From a virus, in the IMG/VR virus record IMGVR_UViG_3300037246_001176, positions 35,924-99,923 of that record: DNA of 64,000 bases. One strand, 5' to 3'. Below the pieces are notes generated by a model that was not told the origin of the DNA, ran no database searches, and was given only the letters and a program-made list of their open reading frames with translations. This document shows, piece after piece, positions 42,782 through 52,864 of the stretch. Every line of letters starts with the position of its first letter. Position 1 is the stretch's first letter. A program made the translations under genes and the position numbers.

Positions 42782-43561
42782 TCAAGCGGTATTGACATCA
42801 TTATCCTCCGTCCACCCCATGAACTTGCTCCTCGGCCACGGATCATCCATCCATGACACATCTGGCTCCGGCAGCATCAGAGCTTCCGCCACCGTCAGCA
42901 GCCGCGCATCGTCGCCGTCTTTGAGGATGATGGGTTCCCACGGTGACCTGGTGCGCGTGCCCCTCTTCGTCATCCACCAGAGCTTCTTCTGCGCCAGCAG
43001 CGCCTCGTATGTCTCCGCCGTAGTCCTGGCGTCCTGGGCCACGTACTCCAAGACCTCGTTTTGGGCCTTGCGGCTCTCGGCCCACATCTTCGGAGCTAAC
43101 GCGCCGCTCATGCCCTCGGTCTTGCCCGCCAGCCCCAGCCCGTCCGCCATCGCAGCCAAGCCGACCATAAAGCCTCTCTGACACAGCATCTGGAATGCCA
43201 TGTCAATATGATCCAACGCTAAGATGCGGCAGCTGTCCAGCCACTCGCCGCCGCCGCACTCCTCCTGGAGCACATCGAGATCGAATCCGAGACCGTTGAA
43301 CGTGACGACGCGGAAGCCTTTGCCATACATGGCGCACAGGTAGAACGCCAAGTCCTGGCACTCCTCTGACGTCATCCTGGCCGGGAGCATGACGCTGTCA
43401 AATATCGCGCCTCCCGGCAGCGATCCGTGCCACAGCCGCGTCTCGCCGCTGCTGGTGAGCGTGGCGGCGCAGGAGATGCCGAGGGGGCGGTGGGTCTTCC
43501 AGTCGTCTTCGCCTTCGGGGATTTCTTTGGTGATTTCTAGATCAAACGTGACATGTTTCAT
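42782..43561 (-). CDS. DEDD / RNase H-like 3'-5' exonuclease
   Basis: FDLEI, TFNGLGFDL, HIDM, EYVAQD. Confidence 0.85.
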   Translation of the reverse strand: MKHVTFDLEITKEIPEGEDDWKTHRPLGISCAATLTSSGETRLWHGSLPGGAIFDSVMLPARMTSEECQDLAFYLCAMYGKGFRVVTFNGLGFDLDVLQEECGGGEWLDSCRILALDHIDMAFQMLCQRGFMVGLAAMADGLGLAGKTEGMSGALAPKMWAESRKAQNEVLEYVAQDARTTAETYEALLAQKKLWWMTKRGTRTRSPWEPIILKDGDDARLLTVAEALMLPEPDVSWMDDPWPRSKFMGWTEDNDVNTA

Positions 43562-45268
43562 TTTGCTTCTCCCTCTTGATCTCGTCCTTTAAGATCAATA
43601 ATATGACAGGGCCACCCATCGTAGGCACGGCTCAACACCACTTCCTCATTAGCAGCCAGCATTTCCTTCGCCTGCGCCGCCGCTGCGTCACGGACAGCGA
43701 CTCTTGCTAGCCTCTGGAGACCAGCTCTCTCGCTACCGTATCTTTGGCGCAGGAGCCAGAGATAGCGGGCTGCCTCATCGTCTCTGAATCTGAGCGTTAT
43801 TTCCATGTCACTTCTCTCCTAGCGCCAGTATCGGCACGCCGTCCCGGTTCCACTCCTGCAAGACGGTTGCTATAGCGATGAAAGCCTTTGCCTGTGCAAT
43901 TCCCGCGTTGATCATGGCTCGGCCTCTCCCGCCGCTTTCCGTATCGGCTCTCGCAACATGATCTTTGGCCTCCTGTATCATAGTCTCAATCACAATGGTA
44001 GCAGTGTCTTCATACGTTTTGGTCATGGTTCGCTTCCTTTCCAGATCAGTATGGTCGTCGCGGTTTGCGCCACACTTGCCTGCGATTCAACGATTCGTGC
44101 CGCAACTCCCGCCAAGATAGTCTTGGTGAACGCCTGGTCGGCAGTCTGTGATTCTTGGTGGCGAGCGTGGGCCTGAAGCCTTGCGTCCAAGTCCTCCACA
44201 GTATTAGCAGCATCAATCTCATCATTTCCGTTTACCTCCAATCAAACGATTGTATGATTCCCTCGCGCAGGGCCAGCGACCGCCGCCGATCCTGCGCCAC
44301 GCAAAGGAGGAGAAGATGATGTCATTCTGTCCTCAATAATGCACGGGCCACATCGCGGGCCATAACGTCTATTTCACGGGTCTGCAACACATAGAGCCAC
44401 TCCTGCACAACGCGAAGTTCTTGCTCCGAAAGACTGGCAAACTTATCCTCGTTGTACATTCCTCGAATCCTACCAAGTGTCAGCATCTCCCTAAAAGTTT
44501 TCACTGTTTTCATGCCGCCTCCCAATCCAGCACCCAGCCCCAGTCCCTCGCCGCTGCCGTCACCGCCGCCGGCGTCCAGTCCAAGGACTTGCAAGCCTCA
44601 ATCTGTGCGGCGATGGTGCGGGCCGCCCGCAGCGCGTCGACGGGCCAGGTCATGGTCTCCTCAAACGTCGCCATGAGCTTTTCGAGGAGAGTAACGGCGT
44701 TGGCGGTTATGCGCTCGATTGTCTGTATGGTGATGCGGTGTCGCTTGGTCATTGTCCTGTCTCCAGTCCTGCCTCCTACGCTCCACACTCATTGCATACC
44801 GGCTCCCCAAAGAAGCCGCTGCCGAGCGCCTCACCGCCGCAGTAGTGACATTGCGGCGAGCTGACGGGCACTGGGGGATTGCACTTCTCACAATAGACCG
44901 CGCTGCCTGGGCCTGACCAAGCTGGCCGAAAGGGTTTCTCGCACCTGACGCATTCGCGCGGAGCCTGGGCGGGGTGCGCCTTGTCCCAGGCTTCTTGGAG
45001 CTTCTCACCGGTGTGCTCTTTCCCCGCCACCATTTGGGAGAATGTAGGGAACGGGCCTTCCCAGAGCACATAGTCTAGATAATCCTTCCCACGGATTTGC
45101 CGGGGTGCGACCGTGATGATGCCCCGGTGGCCACCTTCTCTAACCATCACAACAGTGCCCTGGCTGCGCCTCCAGCCGTTGAATAGTTGGACAGTATCTC
45201 CTGTTTGCGTTGTTGCTAAGTTCATCTCTCTGCCTCCCTGTCTGTCTCTTGCTTGCTCAACTGTATAT

Positions 45269-45334
45269 ATTATAGCATATCGTGTTTTGTTTGTCAAACA
45301 AACAGCCGAAAACAGCGAAATATTTAAGGTTAGC
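45269..45334 (-). promoter_or_regulatory. Repeated promoter cassette, copy 2
   Basis: TTGACA-17-TATAAT, upstream CTAACCTTAAA, leader GTTGAGCAAGCAAG; downstream gene starts at 45225. Confidence 0.8.
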
Positions 45335-45388
45335 AGCCCTTTTTCCGTCTCTTGGATGCCCCTCCCGCATCCTGGTCACCGCTCCCAC

Positions 45389-45793
45389 TTAGGGCAGCAT
45401 GTAGAACCTGTGCACCGTTCCCGGCGTCTCTACCAGCCACTCCTCCCGCGCCCACGACGGCAGCTCGTCCAGGTACACCGGCGACCAGAAGTGACTGACC
45501 GCCAGCGGGTCGCCGTCCAGCAGCGCGTCGAGCGCCAGGCCGATCAAGACCTTCATGTCCTCGCCCAGAGGATCCGCGTCCAGCAGGGAAGCGACGGGGA
45601 ACTGGCCCGGAGCGAGCAGGACTTCGCCGACGGTCAGGTCTCGCGCCAGCATCCTGTGCCTGATGGCGGCTGCGACGAAGGGCCTGTCCTGCGCGGCCCA
45701 CGACGGGGCCTCGTAGCCTATGGCGCGGGCGAGCATGGTGACCTGGGCAAAGGAGCAGGCCAGCAGCAGGAAGCGGCGGAGGTCGTCGGTCAT
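45389..45793 (-). CDS. SleB-like cell wall hydrolase (Hydrolase_2)
   Basis: LARAIGYEA, VAAAIRHR, TVGEVLLAPGQF, HFWSP..PSWA, HRFY. Confidence 0.65.
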   Translation of the reverse strand: MTDDLRRFLLLACSFAQVTMLARAIGYEAPSWAAQDRPFVAAAIRHRMLARDLTVGEVLLAPGQFPVASLLDADPLGEDMKVLIGLALDALLDGDPLAVSHFWSPVYLDELPSWAREEWLVETPGTVHRFYMLP

Positions 45794-45914
45794 CAGTAAC
45801 CTCCTCCAACCTATCGCCGTACCTGTCCAAGTAGTAAGAACCAATGAGCGAGATGACGTCTGGCGAAATCTCGATCACGGTGACACTCCGCCGCCAATGG
45901 ATTGGCGCGGCTTC

Positions 45915-47045
45915 TCAGGCTACGCACGAGCCGTTGCTCCACGTTAGCGCCTGACGGGCGTATCCCGCCCGATGCAATATGTTAATCGCGGCGTTCACAT
46001 CCCTATCAAGGTACAATCCGCAACTGCATTTTATTGTTCTGTCTGACAACTTTAGATTCATAAAGACCGCGCCACAGTTTGAGCATGTCTTGGATGTGTA
46101 CGCTGGATTTACTTTGACCACCTCACGACCAGCCTCCGCCGCTTTGTCCATGAGATGCTGCCTAAAGTATCCCCAACTTGCATCCAGTATGCTCTTGCTC
46201 AGACAATGGTTGCGCACCATGTTTTTGATGCGCAAATCCTCTATGACAATGGTGTCATAATCACGTACCAGCGCAAGGACTGCCTTGCGAATGTAGTCTA
46301 TCCTCTGGCTACTGATGTGTTCGTGGGCGCGTTGCAGTTCAAGAACCGCCTTGCGCCGCCTACTGCTTCCTTTTTTACGACGGGATACCTTGCGCTGGAT
46401 TCGACGCAGCCTTGCCTGTCCTTCCCTGTACCAATGCGGATTCTCGTATATCTGTCCGTCGCTCGTCGCCAAGAGATGATGTATGCCAACGTCTATGCCA
46501 ATTGCCCTGTTAGTTTCAGGCAGGGGATCTGGTTCAACCTCGCAGGCAAAACAAGCGTACCACTTTCCAGCCTTGTGCTTGATGCGCAAAGTCTTGATCT
46601 TGCCCTCGATCCGCCTATGCCAGCGGACGGCAACCCGACCGATGCCGAACAGCCGTAGGCGACGACCGTCGATCTTGAATCCGTTGCGGTACTCCTTGAA
46701 CCCGAAGGACTTGAAGCGATCACGACCCTTGAATCTCGGATAGCCTGGCGTCTTCCCTGCCTTCACGCGCCGGAAGAAGGCTTGAAACGCCTTGTCCAAG
46801 TCAGAAACCGCAACTTGCAGCACATGACTGTGCACTCGTTTGGCATAAGGATTCCCTGCCTTGAGGGTCTTGACGCGGCGCATTTGTTCGTATTTGCCCA
46901 CGCTGCGCCGTCCGTCTTGCCAAGCATCCCTGCGCTCTTCCAACAGACTATTGTAGAACAGGCAGCATATTTCAAGCGTTCGGAACATCAATCGTTCTTG
47001 TGGCTTGCTAGGATACAGGCGGTAAACGTAGGTACGAATCATCAT
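45915..47045 (-). CDS. tnpB: TnpB RNA-guided nuclease
   Basis: YVYRLYP, GYPRFK, GIDVG (D), IEDL (E), CSNCG/CSCG, DRDVNAAINI (D); RuvC triad intact. Confidence 0.95.
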   Translation of the reverse strand: MMIRTYVYRLYPSKPQERLMFRTLEICCLFYNSLLEERRDAWQDGRRSVGKYEQMRRVKTLKAGNPYAKRVHSHVLQVAVSDLDKAFQAFFRRVKAGKTPGYPRFKGRDRFKSFGFKEYRNGFKIDGRRLRLFGIGRVAVRWHRRIEGKIKTLRIKHKAGKWYACFACEVEPDPLPETNRAIGIDVGIHHLLATSDGQIYENPHWYREGQARLRRIQRKVSRRKKGSSRRRKAVLELQRAHEHISSQRIDYIRKAVLALVRDYDTIVIEDLRIKNMVRNHCLSKSILDASWGYFRQHLMDKAAEAGREVVKVNPAYTSKTCSNCGAVFMNLKLSDRTIKCSCGLYLDRDVNAAINILHRAGYARQALTWSNGSCVA

Positions 47046-47194
47046 TCCGTGGCTTTTCTTTCCCGTTCAATACGCTCAAGCTCTTGCGCTACCAAGCGAT
47101 CCAGAATGGACACCATGCTCTTGCCCGTCCAAGCATAGAGGAATCGCAACTTCTTGAGCGTCGTTTTCCAAATCTTGAATGTTTGTGTTTCCAT
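47042..47194 (-). CDS. Small ribbon-helix-helix-like protein, leaderless, coupled to tnpB
   Basis: Manual: METQTFKIWKTTLKKLRFLYAWTGKSMVSILDRLVAQELERIE; ATG 6 nt below the -10 box of TTGACA-17-TATAAT (47229-47201). Confidence 0.6.
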   Translation of the reverse strand: METQTFKIWKTTLKKLRFLYAWTGKSMVSILDRLVAQELERIERERKATE

Positions 47195-47225
47195 AGCGTA
47201 ATTATACCATGTTTACCCTTTCCTG

Positions 47226-47387
47226 TCAAGTCAACTTGGTGTAAGTCCCAGCTGGAACTGTTCCGTGCCCATGATGCAGCGCGGCACGCAGCCGCGTGAA
47301 CTTGGCGTCTGCCTCGGACACAGTGAACCGCTCAACGCACCAGGGGCCTGACGTTCCTTCTGGGACGGAAACGGTGTATTTGCTCAT
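47226..47387 (-). pseudogene. 5' fragment of a spermidine-synthase-like SAM methyltransferase; 3' fragment at about 45800-45884
   Basis: MSKYTVSVPEGTSGPWCVERFTVS...GTYTKL and VTVIEISPDVISLIG lie on either side of the TnpB element. Confidence 0.6.
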
Positions 47388-48062
47388 TGCCCTTTTCATC
47401 CTGTTATCCTTTATACTTATGGTATCTGCCCTGCGATACGCAACGCTTCGCAAGCTATCCGGTCTATAGTTTTCTTCGTCTCAGAGACGGGCGGCTGCCC
47501 GTTCATCCAGACGAGCTCTCGGATGGTCTCCAGCACATCCTCTAACGCGGTTGACTTTTCCCGCTCTTTCACCAGCAGCGCGTTCGCTATGTCAAGGTCG
47601 GCCAGCGTCATGTTCAGGACACCATAGACGCTGCCGTAACGCTCGATCGCTTGTTCGATCTGTTCGGTAATATTGAGCGTATCACGGCTGTCTCCTTCAG
47701 CTGCGTCTGTCCCCAGCAGTTGGTAATTCATGATGATGATGTCCTTGCATTCTGGATGCAAATCTCTGATGGCTCCCTCCATTGCTTCAACATCAGTCCA
47801 TTTGGTGATAGGCTGAGCAGCAACAATTCTCGCGCGTCCTGCTCCTGTCGTTGAGAACGGTGACGTTTGATGAAACCTGTAACTTGCGAAATAGGTGTAC
47901 TCTGTCATTATCTCCTCCGTGATTCAAATTCCTGTCAAGCCGCCTACCGCCGCCCCGTCTCCGGTTCAGCACCCGCCGCTGTCTGGCCTGTTACCGGTTT
48001 CGGTCTTCCGGCCAGCTCCCCAATCATGCCCCTCGGCGGCTCTTTTTTGTGACTGTGACTGT

Positions 48063-49142
48063 TTACAGCTCCCGCACCAGGTCGTACAACTGGCCCAGGT
48101 AGTTGCGGATGACTATGGCCTCGCAAGCGTCAAAGACATCGTAGTACCCCTCTTGGCCTTGCACCCCGTTGCACGCCTGGTTGATGAGCCACACAACCAT
48201 AACCTCTTCGCCGATGCCCAGGGCCTCGGCCTCTGCCTCCGCGTCCAATGCCTCCAGTGTCGGGCAGGTGCGGCCTCGCCATTCGGCCTTTTCGTCAAAG
48301 TCGACCGTGAACCCTGGCGCTTCCGTCTCCGCCCGCTCGGTGACGTAGAGCCGCTGTGCGTCGTAGCCGTTGCCGTGGGCGCGCTTTAGGTGACTGGAAC
48401 CGTGGGCCTTGATCCAGTCGGCCTTGTCGGCCTTGCGTTTGGCCTTGCAGGCGATCTTGATGCCCGTTGCCAGCAGGTCAAACAGGGTGCTGGCATGGGG
48501 GGACGGCTTGAAGTCTGCGATGCCCTTCGTCAAGGAGCTGAAAGCCTCCATCGCTTCCAGTTCACCCGATTCTGCCAATGCCTCTATCTCTGGACGCAGT
48601 TTATCATAGATCGCCTGCATCCGCTCGCGCTCTGCCTTCTTCGCGGCCTTGTGCGCCTGCGCCTTGATGCGCTCCGCCGCTTCTGACGCGACATAACCCA
48701 GCATAGTGCTCAGAGACGGCTGGCAGTCAAACGCCAGGCTGCGCGGCTCTAGGTACGTGCTGGGCCGCCTCTCGCTGAAGACGTGGGCCGTCTCAAGCCC
48801 CAAGGTGAAGCAATGCAAGCCAAGGTGCTCAATGAGCGGCTCGCGCTCCTTCTGGGTTAGCCCTTCCATATCAATGATGAACCTGCGCCTCGCGTCTGGC
48901 TTCTCGCCAGTCATCGCGTACTCCCGCTTCTGCAACTTTTCAGAAGCTCTCCATGTTACCGTAATCTGCGTCACTTCCGTTCCTTTCCGCCGCACATGCG
49001 GCATCGTTTCTGTCGCCCCGCCTGCGCCACGCGGCGCTGACCCTGCCCCACCAGCGGCGGCGACGGTGGCAGGATTGGGAGCCTGTGAGGACAGGTCTCC
49101 CGTGTTATATTGGCGGCTAGAGTATACCAATCCTCGCAGCAA
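48063..49142 (-). CDS. Hypothetical protein (true start probably GTG at VTQITV)
   Basis: Long ORF; AAAGGA precedes the internal GTG. Confidence 0.6.
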   Translation of the reverse strand: MLRGLVYSSRQYNTGDLSSQAPNPATVAAAGGAGSAPRGAGGATETMPHVRRKGTEVTQITVTWRASEKLQKREYAMTGEKPDARRRFIIDMEGLTQKEREPLIEHLGLHCFTLGLETAHVFSERRPSTYLEPRSLAFDCQPSLSTMLGYVASEAAERIKAQAHKAAKKAERERMQAIYDKLRPEIEALAESGELEAMEAFSSLTKGIADFKPSPHASTLFDLLATGIKIACKAKRKADKADWIKAHGSSHLKRAHGNGYDAQRLYVTERAETEAPGFTVDFDEKAEWRGRTCPTLEALDAEAEAEALGIGEEVMVVWLINQACNGVQGQEGYYDVFDACEAIVIRNYLGQLYDLVREL

Positions 49143-49348
49143 GGATGCTTGGCAAGCACCGCCATGTCACTGCGCCAATAGCTAAACCTGTACCGCGCCG
49201 CGTATAGACAGCACGGTTGTACTTTCTCAAGTCAGGATGCAAGTACCATGAAGTAGGCCCGGCGTCCCGCCCTATCCAAAGAGCTATTTTTTGCGCCAAT
49301 GATATTCTCACCTTTCAACCCCTTCTACCGGATTCGCTCTCGCTGGCT

Positions 49349-49596
49349 CCGGCGGGCCTGATGCACCACGATTTTGATTTGGTATGCGTGGGTCTACTCC
49401 CCTTCCCCCACGCATTGGACTACCAGGATGCTGTGCCATTGTATCCTCTGCCCATCACACAGGGACTCACCCCGTGAACAGAGAAAGCAAGCCGCTCTCG
49501 CGACACCGATGATATGCACCGATCAGGGGAGCTGGTAGGGGCAGTGACCTACCCAGAGTTCAGGCCCCTGACCGGCGAGTGCAGCGGTCGGGGGCT
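49349..49596 (-). ncRNA. Structured non-coding region in the early cluster
   Basis: Hairpins GGTAGG/CCTACC, ATGCGTGGG/CCCACGCAT, AGGAT/ATCCT between the halves of a repeated intergenic element. Confidence 0.45.
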
Positions 49597-51265
49597 GGGA
49601 CGTATCAGGCACAGGCCTCAAGTTCTGTGACCAGTTCGGCGTACCGTTGTGCCCGCTCACGGTACATTGTGAGCAGGGACTTCTCATTGAGCATTTTCGC
49701 GCCATAGAAGACTTCGTTGTTGGTGCAGATGTCCTCGTACGTTGTCTGTACCGCGACGTAGCCTTCCGGCACCTCGTAAGAACCTGTGACGCCTGTATAG
49801 GTGAGAGCGCCACTCTGCCATCGGAGTGGCTCCTGTTCGTTGAATTCTCCCCAAGGAACCGCAGAAAAATCCCTGGCGATGTGGTATAATGCCTCGTTGT
49901 CTTCACAGGCTGCGCCCTGGATTTTCTTGATGGGAACAAGGCGAATCTCTTGTTTCCCGCTGGAGGGTCTGTATCCTGGGTCAGAACCCATCCCCCAGAC
50001 TTTAACTGCCACTGTCGTTTTCATCTTTCAATCTCCTTTGCCAGATATGGCCCCGGCGGGCCTGATGCCTCCGGCCTGATACGGATGGCCGGGGGCTGAC
50101 GTATAGCTTTATTGCTGGAGATATTCAATCGTCTGTCAGATCAATACGTTTCGGCGATGTCCAACGCCTGCGCCAGAGATATCTCCGCAGCAATGCACAT
50201 GAGAGCGATCCGGGCCTGTGAGTCTGACAGCCTTGCGATCCTCTCTTTCAATTCTTTCAATTCTCTTTCTTCCTTGTCGCTCATTCTCCGACCTCCTCGT
50301 AAGTCCATGCGATGCCCCTCGTGGTACTGTGGCCGGGGGCTAGCGGGGTGGTTAAAGGCTCAACAACTCTCTGGCCTTGACTTGACTGATGGCCTCAAAG
50401 ACTTCTAGCATTTCTTGCGGCCGCGCCGTGCCGTAAGTGCGGAAATACCAAGCTCTTTCAAGAGCCTCGAACTTTTCTCGCTCCCGGATCAACTCCTGTT
50501 CTCGGAGGCGTTGCATGTATGCTTCATATTCCCACGCTGTTCTGAATCTCATCTCCCAATCTCCTTTGCCAGATATGGCCCTGGCTGGCTTTTCTGCCCC
50601 CAGTCAGCGAATGCAAGCGGCCGGGGGCTGGCTGATACAGTTTCAGGCAACTAGTCTTCGTCTCTGGCTACACTGAGCCATTTTGAGTATGCTTCGTGCG
50701 TGGTCTTATCGGCAGACTCACAGTCAGGATGGGAGCGGATGTCTTTAACTCCTTCGCTTGCCAACCTGTCGTAGGTTTGCCAGAACTTGTTTCGGGCTTC
50801 AAGATACTCTTCGTATAACTCATCTGTGGTTTTTGCTACATATTTCTGGTTCATGTTTCTGCTGCCTTTCTCCCAGGCGCTCGCCTAGTGTGCTGCTGTG
50901 GCGGGGCGCTTGCCGCTGCTAGTGGGTGTAATAATAAATGTCCAAGAAAGCCACGTTCTTTGCGCCGCGCTCCTCAATCCTCGCTACTACCAGTGCCGCG
51001 TTGTCTATCGCGGTCTGGCTATCCAGATGCCACCGCAGGCTGTTGAGCTTGTCCAGCGCGGTCTCAATGCGAGCTTGCCGCTTGCGGGGCAGTCTCAGGT
51101 TCCTGGTGTATTCGTTCAATGTCTTGCGGGCAGCGATTGCGTCAAGGGTGAATTGCCGAAGTGTCGTGGTTCTGTTGCCGACTTGCACTTTGTGTCCTGG
51201 CGGGAATTCGTTTTTTGCCATCTTTGCTCTCCTGTCTCCTAATGTTTCCTTGCTCAACTGTGTAT

Positions 51266-51340
51266 ATTATAGCATATCACGTTTTATTTATCAAGCAAAC
51301 AGCCGAATATCGCTGTATTTTTAAGGTTAGAGCCTGTTTC
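51266..51340 (-). promoter_or_regulatory. Repeated promoter cassette, copy 3
   Basis: TTGATA-17-TATAAT, CTAACCTTAAA, GTTGAGCAAG; downstream gene starts at 51221. Confidence 0.75.
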
Positions 51341-51789
51341 CCGCCCCTTTTCCTCCGCCTCTCCGTCTCTGCCTGTCCCCGCCTCTGCCCTCCCTGTGGC
51401 TGGGTAGCTGTTGCAGGCTGCGGCGGCTCTGTTGGCGGGGATATGAGAGGCCCTTGACTTTCAGAGGGAGAGAGTGATAGAGAGACGGATCCCCCCCAGT
51501 AGGGGAGAATCCGTTACTTGACTTTCGTCGGTCGGTCGGTCAGTCGTTCAACGGCCTGCTGTAGCAGGAACAGACTTCAGGGAGAGACCCAGTTGCTGCG
51601 CCAGGTAATTCCCATCGTGTCCAGGCATCCTCTTTTTCCACTTGTCTGTCATCCCTGGCTTTCGCCGGATAGCGGGATATGTCACTAGCTGTGACTCTGG
51701 AGTTTTGTTGGCTGTAAACGCCAACTACCGAAACGTAACCTCTGCCCCGCTTGTCGCAGGGTGGCCAGGGCTTTTAGACCGTATTGTAT

Positions 51790-52170
51790 CTATGACATGG
51801 AGCCTATTCGGTGTCGGCTACAGTTTCTATTACGTCTACGCCGCCGCATTTCTGCTCGTCTTTCTTTGTCAGTCAGAGGTTTAGAACAGAAGGAGCGTTG
51901 AAAATCTTTCAACATTTGAGGGTTTTTACCACGCCGTAACTCATCGGCTACCCAATGGCAAGAACCACATAAAACTATAAGGTCAGTCGTTTCTTCATTA
52001 CCAAGCCGTATGTAATTAAGGTGATGTACGGAAAGTCTTTCTCGCTCACCACACCAAGAACACTTCCAGTTAGCTTCTTCTAATTTAGCTAATCGGCGTT
52101 GTTCCCATACGTTAGATTTTAAGTATCTCTTGTATGTTTTTGAATGATTGCTTAATGTCATACTGCTCAC
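51790..52170 (-). CDS. HNH endonuclease
   Basis: YLKS..W...R...CSWCG...VHHLNY.RLGNE..DLIVLCGSCH. Confidence 0.88.
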   Translation of the reverse strand: MSSMTLSNHSKTYKRYLKSNVWEQRRLAKLEEANWKCSWCGERERLSVHHLNYIRLGNEETTDLIVLCGSCHWVADELRRGKNPQMLKDFQRSFCSKPLTDKERRAEMRRRRRNRNCSRHRIGSMS

Positions 52171-52171
52171 T

Positions 52172-52210
52172 TTAGCAAAACAAAAAGCGCAGCGTAATTT
52201 AGCTGCGCTT
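52172..52210 (-). terminator. Intrinsic terminator
   Basis: AGCGCAGC/GCTGCGCT stem plus T-tract. Confidence 0.7.
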
Positions 52211-52429
52211 TCAAGTGGGCTCTATTCCACTGCCTCTGCACTGGGGACAGGTTATACGACTATTGACGCAATGATAGCAACCGCCGGGAGCCCCGCATTC
52301 AGGACATTCTCCTGAATTGCACCACCCACAGCTTATCTTGCCAACGCCGTCACACGCCAGGCATAATGGTTCCGCCTCTATAAAATCCAGGCCTGCGTCG
52401 TCATTAAGGTCTACCAACAATTTTGACAT
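52211..52429 (-). CDS. DnaJ-type zinc finger protein
   Basis: CLACDGVG, CGWCNSG, CPQCRGSG. Confidence 0.6.
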   Translation of the reverse strand: MSKLLVDLNDDAGLDFIEAEPLCLACDGVGKISCGWCNSGECPECGAPGGCYHCVNSRITCPQCRGSGIEPT

Positions 52430-52661
52430 CGTATCCTCCCAATAAAAAAGGCACACTCGGACTTGTGTCGGTGCCGGCGGCTGTCTACACTGGCAGCGAA
52501 TAGAATTTTGCAAGAACCTCTCTAATATGCTCAAGACTCTTTTCTACTTCAGCAGAGGGGATTAGCTCATTCCCTTCAAGAACCGTGCCGAGATTCCATC
52601 GGGCCTCTTCTATGGCATTCCAAATTGCTGAATATTCTTCCTCTGTCATCTTAATCCTCCC

Positions 52662-52864
52662 AACAAAAAAAGCACCTTTCTAGTCGCTGCCCCTAGACGA
52701 TGGTCATGTCTTGGGCTGGCGGCCCCTATTTCTAGAGGCAGCTACCACAAAGGTGTTTTCTCGCATGACCAACGTCTATTCGGCCCTTCACGGTGCGCCC
52801 GCCACAGTGCACCAGGCTCTCAATTCTTCCTCCCTATTATAACCTAAACTCCAGAATTTGTCAA
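52662..52864 (-). promoter_or_regulatory. Promoter plus structured attenuator leader
   Basis: TTGACA-17-TATAAT (52864-52836); terminator 52671-52757 plus T-tract; 14/15 alternative pairing. Confidence 0.75.

Larger units (their letters stand above)
45880..47230 (-). mobile_element. Non-autonomous IS200/IS605-type TnpB element (no tnpA)
   Basis: Right end GAAGCC-hairpin-GGAGTGTCAC at 45880; own promoter at left end; interrupts a gene. Confidence 0.8.

Noticed and set aside
44301-44323. Similarity to 58812-58836 (aaaggaggagaa-gatgat)
   Set aside because: Short, low-complexity purine tract with no shared context
49320-50640. CRISPR or TIGR-like array
   Set aside because: Repeats are separated by whole genes at irregular spacing; no cas or Nop-domain gene recognised
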